A DNA stretch of 58,070 nt from a virus (IMGVR_UViG_3300048583_000114:1-58070); one strand, 5' to 3'; positions 1 to 9,726 are shown, counted from the stretch's first letter. The notes: generated by a model from the letters alone, not told the origin. Program-made: numbers and translations.

Positions 1-303
1 CAGTTCATCGAGCCAGTACAGCAGCTCGTCATCGCTGCGCGTATCCGCCACGCCGTCGTCGATGATCGCCTTCAGCAGTTCGTAGGTACGCTGGATGGCG
101 GTCCGCTCGGGGCCGGTCTCCGGCAGTGCAGCCAGCCGGGCGTCGATCATCGCGTGACACTCGGCGTCGTCGTACCAGCCATGTCCGTCGCCGCGAAGCT
201 GGTCCCCGAACCCCTTGAGTTCCGCTTTGATCGCAAGCCGCAGGGCGGCGGGTTCCCCGATGGCCGAGAGTTCTTCCTTGGTGAGCGCGTGAATGCGGGC
301 CAT
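1..303 (-). CDS. Hypothetical protein, partial (second allele of 57420-57770)
   Basis: ATG at 303 just after the DUF1501 stop; MARIHALTKEELSAIGEPAALR..., runs off the window start. Confidence 0.75.
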   Translation of the reverse strand, partial: MARIHALTKEELSAIGEPAALRLAIKAELKGFGDQLRGDGHGWYDDAECHAMIDARLAALPETGPERTAIQRTYELLKAIIDDGVADTRSDDELLYWLDEL

Positions 304-603
304 GTCAGATGTCCAGTACGTCGCAGAAGTTGGAGAACCGGGTGCGGTTGACCATGATCGTGTTGCGCTCGGCCACGGTCAGGCCAAACCAGTCGAGAAT
401 CTGGTCATACACCTCCTCCAGCGAGCGATACGGGTACATGATCCCGCCGAGGTTGATGTCGCGGGTCCCCGTGCCATTGACAGAGATCGCTGCCGGCCAG
501 GGGCCGAGGATGCCGGTGCTTCCATCCACGCCAGCGCCACGCACTTTCCCGCCCGCAATGAACATGGCATAGGCCCATGCGTGATCCGTTCCAGCGCCGC
601 CCT
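1..603. repeat. Terminal direct repeat, copy 1 (diverged allele of 57468-58070); indicates a circular or permuted complete genome
   Basis: Ungapped match to 57468-58070; identical over 1-126 and 557-603, about 52 substitutions between (hand count). Confidence 0.95.
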
Positions 604-1777
604 GAGTCCACAATGTCCGGCCGAAATCGGTAGGGTCCGTGACCACTACGTCATCCCACACCCCGATGGCGATCATCGCGTTGCGGAATGCGGCAAGTCC
701 GTCGCCATACTGCTGCGCGAGGGATGTATAAGTGCCGTCACCCTCGAATCGGACCTTCTCGCTACCGTGCGTGTCGTAGTCTCCGATGGACGCAGCGATT
801 GCCATTCGGATGGGCAAAGCGCCTGCGTTTGCATCCACCGCCGCCTCGATCACCCGAGCGATGCGATGGAACATCGAATACCACCACCCCTTATCCGTCA
901 CTTGCCCGAACGCGGCATCGACTCCGTACAGCGGACCCCCCGCTCCGGGAATCGTGATCTGCACCGGATTCAGGAGGTTGCTGCCATCAAGGGCGGTCTG
1001 GAATGCAGACTTCCACCGCTGATGACGCGGGCTTGTCGGGCTGGCTGCAAGCGAGATCGCTTCCGCCAGCTTGTTCCGCACGTTCACGGATGTCGCTGTG
1101 ACGTGCATCGTCATGGCGACCTGCAGCCCGGCAGAAGACCCACTCGGACCAGCAGGCCCGAATCGGGGCAACGTGAACGGGGAGATCACATCACCCCGGT
1201 GCATCTGGTAGTGCGGAACATTCGGGTTGATGACGATGGTGTGAAGGTTCGAGAACGATGTCGCCAGTTCGTTCGTCGAGGACACTGTGTCCATCACCTG
1301 TCCGATCCATCCTGCGCTGCGCTTATCCAGAGTACCGTTCATGTTGATGTGATGCTCTTGAAAAGCATCGTGCGCACCAACCCCCAAAGGGAGACGGTAC
1401 GCCGTCCGGTAGTCAGGAATATCCGTCAGCCGGTCAGGCAGGGGTTCTTCCAGCACTCCACAATGCGGGACGATGGCGAGGTCGCCTTCAGTCCACGGCT
1501 TGCCTGCGCCAATCAGCCCTGAATAGTTTGGGTGCAAAGCAAAGTCCGGGCTGGTTCCGAGCTTGTTTGCCAGTGCGGCGAGGACGACCGCTTGGCTGTA
1601 CACCCCTGCGTTCTCGCCGTACCGATGCGCGGGACGATTTTGCCACCACTCCTCCAACTGGCTGCGGGTGGGGGCGTTCGTTGTCCCGAGTGGGACGAGT
1701 TTCGCGAAAAGACTCTCGCCACCGAATTTATAAGTGGTGACGAGGAAGCGATTCCCGGTAAGCGGAGATTGCGGCAT
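305..1777 (-). CDS. DUF1501-family protein (no Tat signal)
   Basis: Motifs LVTTYKFGG, GDYDTHG, TDFGRTL, GTDHAW, GGKVRG match the DUF1501 pattern (FLxGG, GGFDTH, SEFGRT, GTDHGW, GG.V.GG); ATG at 1777 overlaps the upstream TAA. Confidence 0.8.
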   Translation of the reverse strand: MPQSPLTGNRFLVTTYKFGGESLFAKLVPLGTTNAPTRSQLEEWWQNRPAHRYGENAGVYSQAVVLAALANKLGTSPDFALHPNYSGLIGAGKPWTEGDLAIVPHCGVLEEPLPDRLTDIPDYRTAYRLPLGVGAHDAFQEHHINMNGTLDKRSAGWIGQVMDTVSSTNELATSFSNLHTIVINPNVPHYQMHRGDVISPFTLPRFGPAGPSGSSAGLQVAMTMHVTATSVNVRNKLAEAISLAASPTSPRHQRWKSAFQTALDGSNLLNPVQITIPGAGGPLYGVDAAFGQVTDKGWWYSMFHRIARVIEAAVDANAGALPIRMAIAASIGDYDTHGSEKVRFEGDGTYTSLAQQYGDGLAAFRNAMIAIGVWDDVVVTDPTDFGRTLWTQGGAGTDHAWAYAMFIAGGKVRGAGVDGSTGILGPWPAAISVNGTGTRDINLGGIMYPYRSLEEVYDQILDWFGLTVAERNTIMVNRTRFSNFCDVLDI

Positions 1778-4080
1778 TAGATTTGCTCCATTGCTTGCGG
1801 CAGCATGTCTACGCAGGACAGGGCCAGCGCGGCGCGGCGATCCAACTTCATCGCGTTGTCCGGTGCTCCGTACTCGGCCGCCGAATCCAGCGCCGCTTGA
1901 TCCAGAATCTCGATCACCTTCAGCCGCGCAGCCGAGGGAATGGTCCGCCCGCACAAGACTACTTCGATGGCGCGGTCTACTAGCTGCGCATTTGTTGGGG
2001 ATCCAGCGACCATATAGGTCATGTCCCACACACCATGACGCCGGGTGAGAATCCCGGCATACGTTCCGTTCTTGCTGTGGTGTATCGAACCGCGAGGCAT
2101 TCCGTTCCAGAGCGCGAGAACACCCTCGGGGGTCCAGAGGCTTGCCGCCCGACCGAGATACCCATCGTCTATTTCGTAATCAAACGGGTAGTCGTTGAAC
2201 ACCGTGGCAGTGATGCCCCACTCGGCGGGGACTTTGCCTGGGCCGTTGTTGGCGGAGCCGGAGTCAACCCATCCGGTGTTCTCGACGCCCTCGAATAGCG
2301 AGGCGTTCAGGGGTCTCGCAAACTCGAAGGTGTACGTACCGGTGGTGCCGGTGTAGGCGGTGTTGAGGGTCAGCGTGGTGTTTGTTGCCCACGTTGCTGT
2401 GGCGGTAGAGAGTAGTCCTGTTCCACTGACCCGCCATGAGCCGTTGTGTGCCTGCAGCGGAAGATTGTCTCCAGCCGCCACAGTAGCGGTGGTGGAGCCG
2501 TTCGTCACGCTGACAGAACAGGTATACCCAAACTCAGCAACATCCCGCTGCTCTGCCGCACGCCACGCGGACGCGAGTGCCAGATGAATGTCGAGAGCGC
2601 GTCCGAACCGATCCGCGTCCTTGCTTGCAATCGTGCCCCGCGCCTCGGGGTCGAGGTAGATCGCGCGCATGATGTCGCGGACACTGCCACGCACGCCGAG
2701 CCCGTTGTCCTGCGCCGCCGCTACCACCCGCCGGACATACTGCGGGGTCGGATTCTCCGTCACCAACTCGCGAATGAAATGCAGGCAGAAGTAGACGAGG
2801 AATGTGTCGTGGTTGTACAGCCAATCGCAGACTTCTTCGATCTTGCCGTAGACGTTTTCGCCTTGAACGAACTTGGTTCCGAGCGTTGGGACCCCGCCGT
2901 AAGCCGCACGGGTGATCCCTGGAGTCGGCATGTCCACCGCGCCCCGGTAGTGATCTGTTGCCGTGCAAACAAGTTCCGCCGACGTGCCACTAAGGTTGAG
3001 GCCAGAAAACAGCCGCGCCGCATTCAGCACATCCAGATAGACGTAGGTAGGAATACGGTTTCCAAACGCATCCAACTTAAACGAGCCGTCAAGGTTTAGT
3101 TCCCACTGGCCGAGAGTGAACAACTGGAACAGTTCTCGGACCCAGTTCTGATTTGGCTCAACGTCATAAAGCTGAAACGCCGGTTCACGCCCTTTGTTGT
3201 TGATGTTGTCGAGAAACCACTGCGGGTAGCGCGCATACGCCAGCCATCGAACGTAGTCTTGAAGCGTGCCGTCCATCATGTCGAACAGGCTATTCTGCGT
3301 GCGCTCCCACGCGCGGCTCGTTGTCTCCGACAGGATGTTGCCGATTGCCAACTGCTTGTTCCAAGCGGCGACGATCCGCCCCCTGAACGTGTCCGGGCTG
3401 TGTCGCCAGACTAGCGAACGGTACTGCCACGAGGCAGCGAGCGAACGGCGGCCCGCGTTATCTCCCGCACCAGCTCCCTCGGTTATTACAGGGAATGTTC
3501 CTGCAGTGGCCGGAAATGCTCCCCCGTGGTAGCGGTAAGCGCCGTCGTACAGCAAGTCAAATTCTTCGCCAGCCGTCCGCCCGGACGACAGGAGCGTTTG
3601 CGCCTCCCCGGGGAACTCCCCGAAGCCAGCTTGCCGCAGGAACCGACGAGAGTCGGACAGGTCGGCAAACGCCACGTCGAAACCGGGGTCGTAGACCGGG
3701 TTGTATTCCGGCCCGGTGTAGCGCGCGTACACCCGAACGGTGCTGGTGCCACTGCCGCTGATCACACGCGCCTGAATGCCGACGATGCCGCGGGCGGTGA
3801 TCACCTCGTAGGTGTTCATCGCGTCTTCACGCAGGACTTCCCAACTCGCGTGGTCCGGGTCGAGCAGCGCGTTCACGTCGGTCGTGGTGTATATCGCGAC
3901 GATGTTTCCGTCCGGGTTCTTTTCGACCGTGACCGGGCGCGAGACCTCGTCGATGTCCCAGATCACGCCAGTCCCGTTGGCGGTCAACGTGCTGTCGATC
4001 GCGTCGCCGTTGGAGACGGCGGAGCCGCCCCCGCCGGTGCCTGTCTCTAGCTTTAGTCGAACCCTCGAACGGATGCCCAT
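1777..4080 (-). CDS. DUF1800-family protein with extra N-terminal and internal beta-rich modules
   Basis: RFLRQAGFG, PNQNWVRELFQLFTLG..LNLDGS, AARLFSG, LVTENPTPQYVRRV, RAIYLDPEAR are DUF1800 hallmarks; directly upstream of DUF1501. Confidence 0.8.
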   Translation of the reverse strand: MGIRSRVRLKLETGTGGGGSAVSNGDAIDSTLTANGTGVIWDIDEVSRPVTVEKNPDGNIVAIYTTTDVNALLDPDHASWEVLREDAMNTYEVITARGIVGIQARVISGSGTSTVRVYARYTGPEYNPVYDPGFDVAFADLSDSRRFLRQAGFGEFPGEAQTLLSSGRTAGEEFDLLYDGAYRYHGGAFPATAGTFPVITEGAGAGDNAGRRSLAASWQYRSLVWRHSPDTFRGRIVAAWNKQLAIGNILSETTSRAWERTQNSLFDMMDGTLQDYVRWLAYARYPQWFLDNINNKGREPAFQLYDVEPNQNWVRELFQLFTLGQWELNLDGSFKLDAFGNRIPTYVYLDVLNAARLFSGLNLSGTSAELVCTATDHYRGAVDMPTPGITRAAYGGVPTLGTKFVQGENVYGKIEEVCDWLYNHDTFLVYFCLHFIRELVTENPTPQYVRRVVAAAQDNGLGVRGSVRDIMRAIYLDPEARGTIASKDADRFGRALDIHLALASAWRAAEQRDVAEFGYTCSVSVTNGSTTATVAAGDNLPLQAHNGSWRVSGTGLLSTATATWATNTTLTLNTAYTGTTGTYTFEFARPLNASLFEGVENTGWVDSGSANNGPGKVPAEWGITATVFNDYPFDYEIDDGYLGRAASLWTPEGVLALWNGMPRGSIHHSKNGTYAGILTRRHGVWDMTYMVAGSPTNAQLVDRAIEVVLCGRTIPSAARLKVIEILDQAALDSAAEYGAPDNAMKLDRRAALALSCVDMLPQAMEQI

Positions 4081-4082
4081 GG

Positions 4083-4484
4083 TTACGCCTCCGGCAGCAC
4101 GTCGCCGAAGCCGGCGGCAGACACATCGACCTGTGTGCTCGTCGCGCAGGTGGCGACCAGCTCGCAGCTCTCGAACTCCGACAGCAGCAGGATCATGACC
4201 ATGTGCCCGTTTGCAGCCAGCGTGGTTGGGTCCGCCGAGGCGAACATGGTCACCGGGCCGGGGGTCTGGAAGTCGGCCGTCTGCGCCGGCGCATGCGCGC
4301 TGGGAACGACGCCGCCCCGGGTGGCCCGCAACCCGACGGTGAAGCCGGTCAGCGCCGCTGCGCCCACGTTCTCCAGCTGCACCGACATCGAGTCGACGTT
4401 CTGTGCATCGAGCACGGCCAGCACGGTCGGCGTCGAGGTGACTGTGATGCGCTGCCGGGTGTATTCACGAACGAGCCTGCTCAT
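4083..4484 (-). CDS. Hypothetical beta-rich protein, possibly virion-associated
   Basis: 133-aa ORF tightly packed in the late operon, AGGAG RBS. Confidence 0.7.
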   Translation of the reverse strand: MSRLVREYTRQRITVTSTPTVLAVLDAQNVDSMSVQLENVGAAALTGFTVGLRATRGGVVPSAHAPAQTADFQTPGPVTMFASADPTTLAANGHMVMILLLSEFESCELVATCATSTQVDVSAAGFGDVLPEA

Positions 4485-4492
4485 GGATGCTC

Positions 4493-4765
4493 CTACTTGT
4501 AGTAAGCCACGTTGACGACGGCAGTGCCGGTCTGGGAGATGATGCGGAGTTTCTGCAGCTGGGTGCTGAACACCCGCTCCACGTTGACCGCCAACGGCAT
4601 ACCGATCAGCGTGGTGGGGTCCACGCCGTCATCCCGCCAGCGGATGGCGTTTCCTGTGCACACGATGTGCGCGATGGTGGTGCCCGTGGGCACGGTCAGC
4701 GAGGCGGCCGTGGTCACGCTAAGCTGCTGGTAGCCATTCGGAATGGCGCAATCGAACGGAGTCAT
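4493..4765 (-). CDS. Small conserved phage protein, possibly virion-associated
   Basis: 90 aa, GYQQL...IRWRDDGVDPT...GMPL; follows the portal gene. Confidence 0.7.
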   Translation of the reverse strand: MTPFDCAIPNGYQQLSVTTAASLTVPTGTTIAHIVCTGNAIRWRDDGVDPTTLIGMPLAVNVERVFSTQLQKLRIISQTGTAVVNVAYYK

Positions 4766-4775
4766 CTGCTTCCCT

Positions 4776-6839
4776 CTAGGTAGCTGGCCCGGAGACCATC
4801 TGCTGTGCTTCCTGCGCCGGCGTCTGCGGCATCTCGGGCTTGGGCGGCTGGTTCTCCTGCCCCTGCCCCGTCTTCATCCCTTCGAGTTGGCCCTGCATCT
4901 GCTGCATCTGGGCCATGTGCGCCTGAAACTCCTCGACGCTGGGCACGGTGCCCGGCGCGAACTCCAGCCCCTTGGCCAGCTCGTGCAGCACGTTCACCAG
5001 CAGCGTCGGGGGCACCAGCTGCGACTGGATCGCCGGCAGCGCGATCTGCAGAAACTCAAGGCGCCGCTGGTTGAGCAGCTCCTTCAGCAGCAGGCCGCTC
5101 GCGCCCTTGGCTTGGATGAACGCATCGCCCTTGATCGACTCGTCCTCGCCATAGAGCATCAGCGAATAGTAGAGCCGCTCGATCGTCGGCACGATGATGT
5201 CGGTGTCGATGTTGTTGGCGACGTTCTTGATGCCCTTGTTGGCCGCATTCATCAGCATCGACAGGCCGGCCGCGGTCCGCCCCGCGCCCCCCACGTGCTG
5301 GTCGCCCATCATGTAGCGCGGCAGCGACGAGAACTCGTCTGCCAGCACCGAGAACTTGTCGAACACGCCGACCAGCTCGGCCGCGTTGCTGCTGGGCTGG
5401 TAGAACTCCACCGGTGGGCGGGAATCCGCCGACCCGAAGTCGCCGCTCTGCACGACCCACGAGCGCAGCGGGAAAATCTGCCGGATGTCCTCGCCGGCCG
5501 CCATCCGATCCTTGTTGATCATGATCTGCGGGCCGGAGGCGAGCGACATGTTGTTCATCAGCGCCCGCACGGAGGCGTTGCACACGGCCTGCACGTCGCG
5601 CAACTGCTCGCCCAGCCCCACACCCCAGAACGACCCGGGGAGCTTCTCCCAACTCGTCACGCTGTAGGGCACGCGCGCCAGCGGGTCATGGTTCAGCAGC
5701 GCCTTGATTGTGTACGGCCCGACCACCCACACGTTGGCCGGGTATTCGAGGTCCGGGTCCAGCCCCTCGGGGTCCATGCCGAAGTCGATCAGCATCTGCC
5801 CCTGTATCCGCCCCCAGAACTCCAGCGCCTCGATCGTCGGGTGCGGGTCCGCCGAGCCCATGGGCGACTGGTTGCCCAGCGCAGAGGCTTCTGCCGAGTC
5901 GACTGACTGGTAGCTCGACAGCCCGGTCTGGCCGTACTGCGCGAGTGCTGCCCTGATCTGCGCCTCGTCGAACCCCGGAGAGCCGATCATGGAGGCCAAG
6001 TCCCCGCGGGTCAGCTTGTGCCGCTCGATCACGTACGAGTCGGTCACAGTGGCCGCCATCGGCGCCGGGTAGATGTTGAACGGCGACACCCGCTCGAACA
6101 CGTAGGTGAGCTGGTCCTGCACCTGCGGCACAGTCTTGCCCGTGGCCGGGTCGTCGGTCCACTTCACCCGCTTGCGATTCCTCACCACCGGACCCTTCAG
6201 GATGCACGCCTTGAAGGTGGTGATGTCGCTGATGCACTCCTCCAGCGCCGTGTAGAAGTGCCCCTCGACGAGGATGTCATCGACGGCGCGCTCGGCCGCC
6301 TCTGCCTTGTTCTGCGCCTCCTGCCGGGCCGCTTCCTTGGCCTGCTTGAGCAGCTGGGCATGCAACCCCTCCAGCTCGCTGGGGTGCGGCGCCGGCAGCC
6401 CTGCCGCCATGCCCTGTTCCACCATCTGCGCGATCATCTGATCGACTCGCGCGCCCACATCCTGCGGCAGCGACGGCTCCGGCGAGGGCTTGATCGTGAA
6501 CGGCCGCTCGATCTGGAGGTAGATGTCCTTCAGCCACGACTGCGCGCCGCGCATCTTGGTCGCCCCGACACGGCTGTAGATGTCGCTGCCGCCGGGAATC
6601 TGCCGGATGGCTTCCTTGACCTCGGGGTCATACTCGGCGTTGCGCATCCGCAGCGCACGCAGGAGGTCTTCCTCGTGGTGCATCTGCTTGGCCGTGCGAG
6701 CCGCCGAAAAGCACTTCTGCACGTGCATCGCCAAGCCTTGGACGACCGGGTCGGTCGACGGGGACCGAGCGTCCGCCTCGGCCCGCTCCTGCGCAACCAG
6801 CTGGTCGTTACTCAGTACGCGGAGCAGTCCTGCGCTCAT
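4776..6839 (-). CDS. Portal protein (podoviral, P22-like)
   Basis: 687 aa directly downstream of terminase; ERVSPFNIYP, PGSFWGVG, GRTAAGLSMLM motifs; Gln/Pro-rich tail. Confidence 0.88.
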   Translation of the reverse strand: MSAGLLRVLSNDQLVAQERAEADARSPSTDPVVQGLAMHVQKCFSAARTAKQMHHEEDLLRALRMRNAEYDPEVKEAIRQIPGGSDIYSRVGATKMRGAQSWLKDIYLQIERPFTIKPSPEPSLPQDVGARVDQMIAQMVEQGMAAGLPAPHPSELEGLHAQLLKQAKEAARQEAQNKAEAAERAVDDILVEGHFYTALEECISDITTFKACILKGPVVRNRKRVKWTDDPATGKTVPQVQDQLTYVFERVSPFNIYPAPMAATVTDSYVIERHKLTRGDLASMIGSPGFDEAQIRAALAQYGQTGLSSYQSVDSAEASALGNQSPMGSADPHPTIEALEFWGRIQGQMLIDFGMDPEGLDPDLEYPANVWVVGPYTIKALLNHDPLARVPYSVTSWEKLPGSFWGVGLGEQLRDVQAVCNASVRALMNNMSLASGPQIMINKDRMAAGEDIRQIFPLRSWVVQSGDFGSADSRPPVEFYQPSSNAAELVGVFDKFSVLADEFSSLPRYMMGDQHVGGAGRTAAGLSMLMNAANKGIKNVANNIDTDIIVPTIERLYYSLMLYGEDESIKGDAFIQAKGASGLLLKELLNQRRLEFLQIALPAIQSQLVPPTLLVNVLHELAKGLEFAPGTVPSVEEFQAHMAQMQQMQGQLEGMKTGQGQENQPPKPEMPQTPAQEAQQMVSGPAT

Positions 6840-6867
6840 GCGCGTGTCCCGGGGTTAGCGATTGCTC

Positions 6868-6896
6868 ACTCTAACCCCCGTGGCTGGACGTGTCAA
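6868..6896 (-). promoter_or_regulatory. Putative sigma70 promoter for the portal/DUF1800/holin operon
   Basis: Minus strand TTGACA-17 nt-TAGAGT; the -10 overlaps an 8-bp inverted repeat GGGGTTAG/CTAACCCC (6851-6878). Confidence 0.55.
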
Positions 6897-6910
6897 CTAC
6901 AACGCCGTGA

Positions 6911-8305
6911 CTATACAGCCCAGCGACGTGGGACAGGGCGGGGCGTTGGCGCAAACACCCGGGAGTGGCTGGCTGCCGGCCCGAGGAACCACAGGCAGAG
7001 GTACTGGAAGGCGTCGGCGATGTGCGAAGCGTCGTCGGCCTTGTTGGGCTCATCAGCGAGCGTCCCGCCCCGCCGGGTGGCGTACCGGTACTCCCCTGCC
7101 AGCGCGCGGATGAGCCGTGTGCACCGGGGGTCGATCAGCAGCCCCGCCCGCCCGTCGATGGCATTGGCGAGCAGCTTCTCCACGGCCGTCAGCCGGATGC
7201 CGATCCGGTTGCTGCTGGCGGGCTTCACGTCGAACCCGGCCTGCTGGAACACCTTGATGGGTGAAGACTCACTTACCCCCTCGCGGCTCACCGCTGCGGG
7301 GTCGATGATCACCCGCGGCTTCACGCCGCTGAAGTGGGTGGTGATGTAGGGCAGCACGCGGGTCTCGACGAAGCGCTCCATGCCCATGCGATCGTCCGGG
7401 TCGAGCGCGATCTCGCCGAGGATGTGGCGGGTGCCGCGCGGGGTAGTCTGGCCGAACACAGCCCGGGGGGTGAGCCCTGCGTCGACACCCATCACCAGCG
7501 GGTGCGAGTCGCTCCTGACAAATGTCAGATTGTCCTTGGCGACGTGGAAGTCGCGCACGAAGGTGTCCTTGAACACCGGCTGCCCTTCCTTCGACGTGCC
7601 GTACTCGCCGTCGATCATCACCCGGACGTACTCGTCGGAGCGCCCGACGGGGTTGTAGTAGCCGGTGGGCAGGTTCTCGATGTTCTCGGCCTGCGGACTG
7701 CGCCCGGAGGGCTGCTTGAACACGCCCCAGTCGTTGGGGATGTTCTTCTCCATCATGTTGTAGAGCCACGTCCCCACCGCCGGCGGGTTGGTGTCGGCGA
7801 TGATGTACTTGTAGGTCGCCCCCGGCCCCATCTTCTTCGACGGGTAGCGACCGATCCGGCCGGTCATGCCCTCGTAGATGTCCGGGTCGATCTCCCGGAA
7901 CTCGTTGAAGTACGCCCCGGTCACCTCCAGCGACAGCAGCTTGCTCACGTCGTCGGCGTCATCGAGCGCCATGAACATGATCTCGCTGTGCACGTCGTTG
8001 AACGAGAGCACGTACTCCTTGTCGGTGGAGCGCCACTTGCCGAAGATGCCCGGCGGTATCCAGTCAAGGAACGACCGGATGGTGGTCGTCTTCAGCATCG
8101 GCATGGTGTTCCGTACGACCACGAACCGGCTGCGCCGCATGCCGTCGTTGTCCGGCGCCTGCTGCATGGCGGCCATCACGTGGTGGATCAGGCACCCGGA
8201 GGACTTGCCCGAGCCCTGCGGCCCCATGATGACCTTCGTCTCCGACCGGTCGAGCATGAACCGCTTGACCGTCTCCGGTGGCTTGTAGTCGAGCTGGTAG
8301 GCCAT
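6911..8305 (-). CDS. terL: Terminase large subunit
   Basis: Walker A GPQGSGKS, Walker B GAYFNE, motif III DTNPP, nuclease GVDAG and HIADAFQY; start taken at ATG 8305, overlapping the upstream TGA. Confidence 0.93.
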   Translation of the reverse strand: MAYQLDYKPPETVKRFMLDRSETKVIMGPQGSGKSSGCLIHHVMAAMQQAPDNDGMRRSRFVVVRNTMPMLKTTTIRSFLDWIPPGIFGKWRSTDKEYVLSFNDVHSEIMFMALDDADDVSKLLSLEVTGAYFNEFREIDPDIYEGMTGRIGRYPSKKMGPGATYKYIIADTNPPAVGTWLYNMMEKNIPNDWGVFKQPSGRSPQAENIENLPTGYYNPVGRSDEYVRVMIDGEYGTSKEGQPVFKDTFVRDFHVAKDNLTFVRSDSHPLVMGVDAGLTPRAVFGQTTPRGTRHILGEIALDPDDRMGMERFVETRVLPYITTHFSGVKPRVIIDPAAVSREGVSESSPIKVFQQAGFDVKPASSNRIGIRLTAVEKLLANAIDGRAGLLIDPRCTRLIRALAGEYRYATRRGGTLADEPNKADDASHIADAFQYLCLWFLGPAASHSRVFAPTPRPVPRRWAV

Positions 8306-8616
8306 CAGAGCGAGGTCATGTCGACAAAGCTGCCGCACGACGGGCACACCGCCTGAAGGTGCTCGGTCAGGTAGAACAGGTCATTGCCGCATCCGCACGC
8401 CCAGATGCTGACATCGCCCGGCGGCCCGCAGGCACCGGTCATGATCCCGGTCTCCCGGTGGCACTGCGGGCACTCATAGTAGTCGTTCGCCGTCCCCACA
8501 GGAGCGACCAGAATCCACTCGTGCTTGCACGACAGGCAGCGCGCCGGGCCGGACAGGTGCGGGTTGCGCTCCTCGCGAGCCTTGCACAGGGAGATGATGT
8601 TGGGCTCGTCGCTCAT
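8305..8616 (-). CDS. Small Cys-rich (zinc-ribbon) protein
   Basis: CLSC, CPQC, CGCG, CPSC in 103 aa; coupled to both neighbours. Confidence 0.7.
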   Translation of the reverse strand: MSDEPNIISLCKAREERNPHLSGPARCLSCKHEWILVAPVGTANDYYECPQCHRETGIMTGACGPPGDVSIWACGCGNDLFYLTEHLQAVCPSCGSFVDMTSL

Positions 8617-9059
8617 CCGAGGTTGATGTTCACGGCGACCACGTTGCCCGAGCCGACCGACTCCTCGTTCTTGGGCTCGTAGCGCGCCCAGCGCACGGTG
8701 TTGGCGATCATCTTCTCCTTGACCGCCGGCGGCACGTCCGGGTTGTGGATCATCTCGTACTGCACTAGCAGCAGCTGCTCGGCCTGCATCCGCGCCTTGG
8801 CGACGAAGCCGTAGCCGTTCTCGCGCAGCTCCGCCCGGTACTCGTTCACCAGTCGACAGAACGCCGGGTCGTCGAGCGCTGCGATCACCTCCTCGAACCG
8901 ACGGTCGTTTTCCTCGCAGAACGCATTGATGTCGAGCGACAGCCCTTCCCGGTTGCGGGCAATGGCGAGCGCAAGCTCCCGTCGATCGAGGTCTTCGAGC
9001 TGGGTCTGCAGCGTGGAGCTGTAGGTCGAGGCCGTGGCTAGCGAATTGGCGCTGCTCAT
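8613..9059 (-). CDS. Putative terminase small subunit
   Basis: 148-aa helical protein upstream of TerL, ending VAVNINLG; positional inference. Confidence 0.55.
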   Translation of the reverse strand: MSSANSLATASTYSSTLQTQLEDLDRRELALAIARNREGLSLDINAFCEENDRRFEEVIAALDDPAFCRLVNEYRAELRENGYGFVAKARMQAEQLLLVQYEMIHNPDVPPAVKEKMIANTVRWARYEPKNEESVGSGNVVAVNINLG

Positions 9060-9536
9060 GGGGCTCCAGTATGAAAAAGCCGTCCCCGCCGCATCGGCCA
9101 GCCCGCGGCGGGCTCGCTGTCCGGTAAGGAGGGACCGGTGGCCTTATCGGGGACGCTGAAACACAGTATTTCGACTGTTCGACTGCTCGTCAAGGCCAGT
9201 TTCGGCTGTCCGGGGGTGGCGGAGGGGGCTCCGGTTGACCGTGCCCGCTCCGCCGAGTGGGATTCTAGGCGATTTCGTTGGCGAATGCGCACTGGGAGAC
9301 CCGTTTCGCGGTGGATACGGTGCGTGCGAAGGGGAGAAGTGGGGGAAAACGGGCGGGAATGGGACGGCGAAGGGCAAAAATGTGTTGTTTACCATGTTAC
9401 CGAAAGCTGTGGGAGGGGAAAAATTTGGGAGCTAGGGAATAACAGGTGCAGCGGGCCACCCCCCGGTGTCCGCATACCCCCCGTCGGCCCCTCGGCGAGC
9501 GCCGCGAGCGCCGCGAGCGCGGGCGCGCGTGGGTTC

Positions 9537-9617
9537 CTAACTATCATTACCCCGCAACAGAGCAACAAGCTAACTATCATCACTGCTCTGAACAGAGGAA
9601 CGCTTGCTAACTATCAT
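9537..9617. repeat. Iteron-like cluster A: 3 x CTAACTATCAT
   Basis: Exact copies at 9537, 9570, 9607, with AACAGAG in the spacers. Confidence 0.9.
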
Positions 9618-9726
9618 CGTGGTGGTTGCATGCAATCAATGCTTCACCTTCGGTGGTTTATCACGTACACTTCAGTTACCGTATGCATATCGCATACGGA
9701 CTTTCGTACTTCACGGAGACAACATC

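Noticed and set aside
1-603. Diversity-generating retroelement TR/VR pair (1-603 vs 57468-58070)
   Set aside because: Substitutions involve all four bases rather than adenines only, many are synonymous, and no reverse transcriptase is present.
1778-2029. N-terminal extensions in the ORF track (e.g. 305..2029, 22516..24486, 47912..50263)
   Set aside because: They overlap upstream genes; downstream starts with RBS or stop-start coupling fit better.
9056-9292. 78-aa minus-strand ORF upstream of the putative TerS
   Set aside because: No RBS or recognisable features and it lies in the regulatory region; not supported enough to call.
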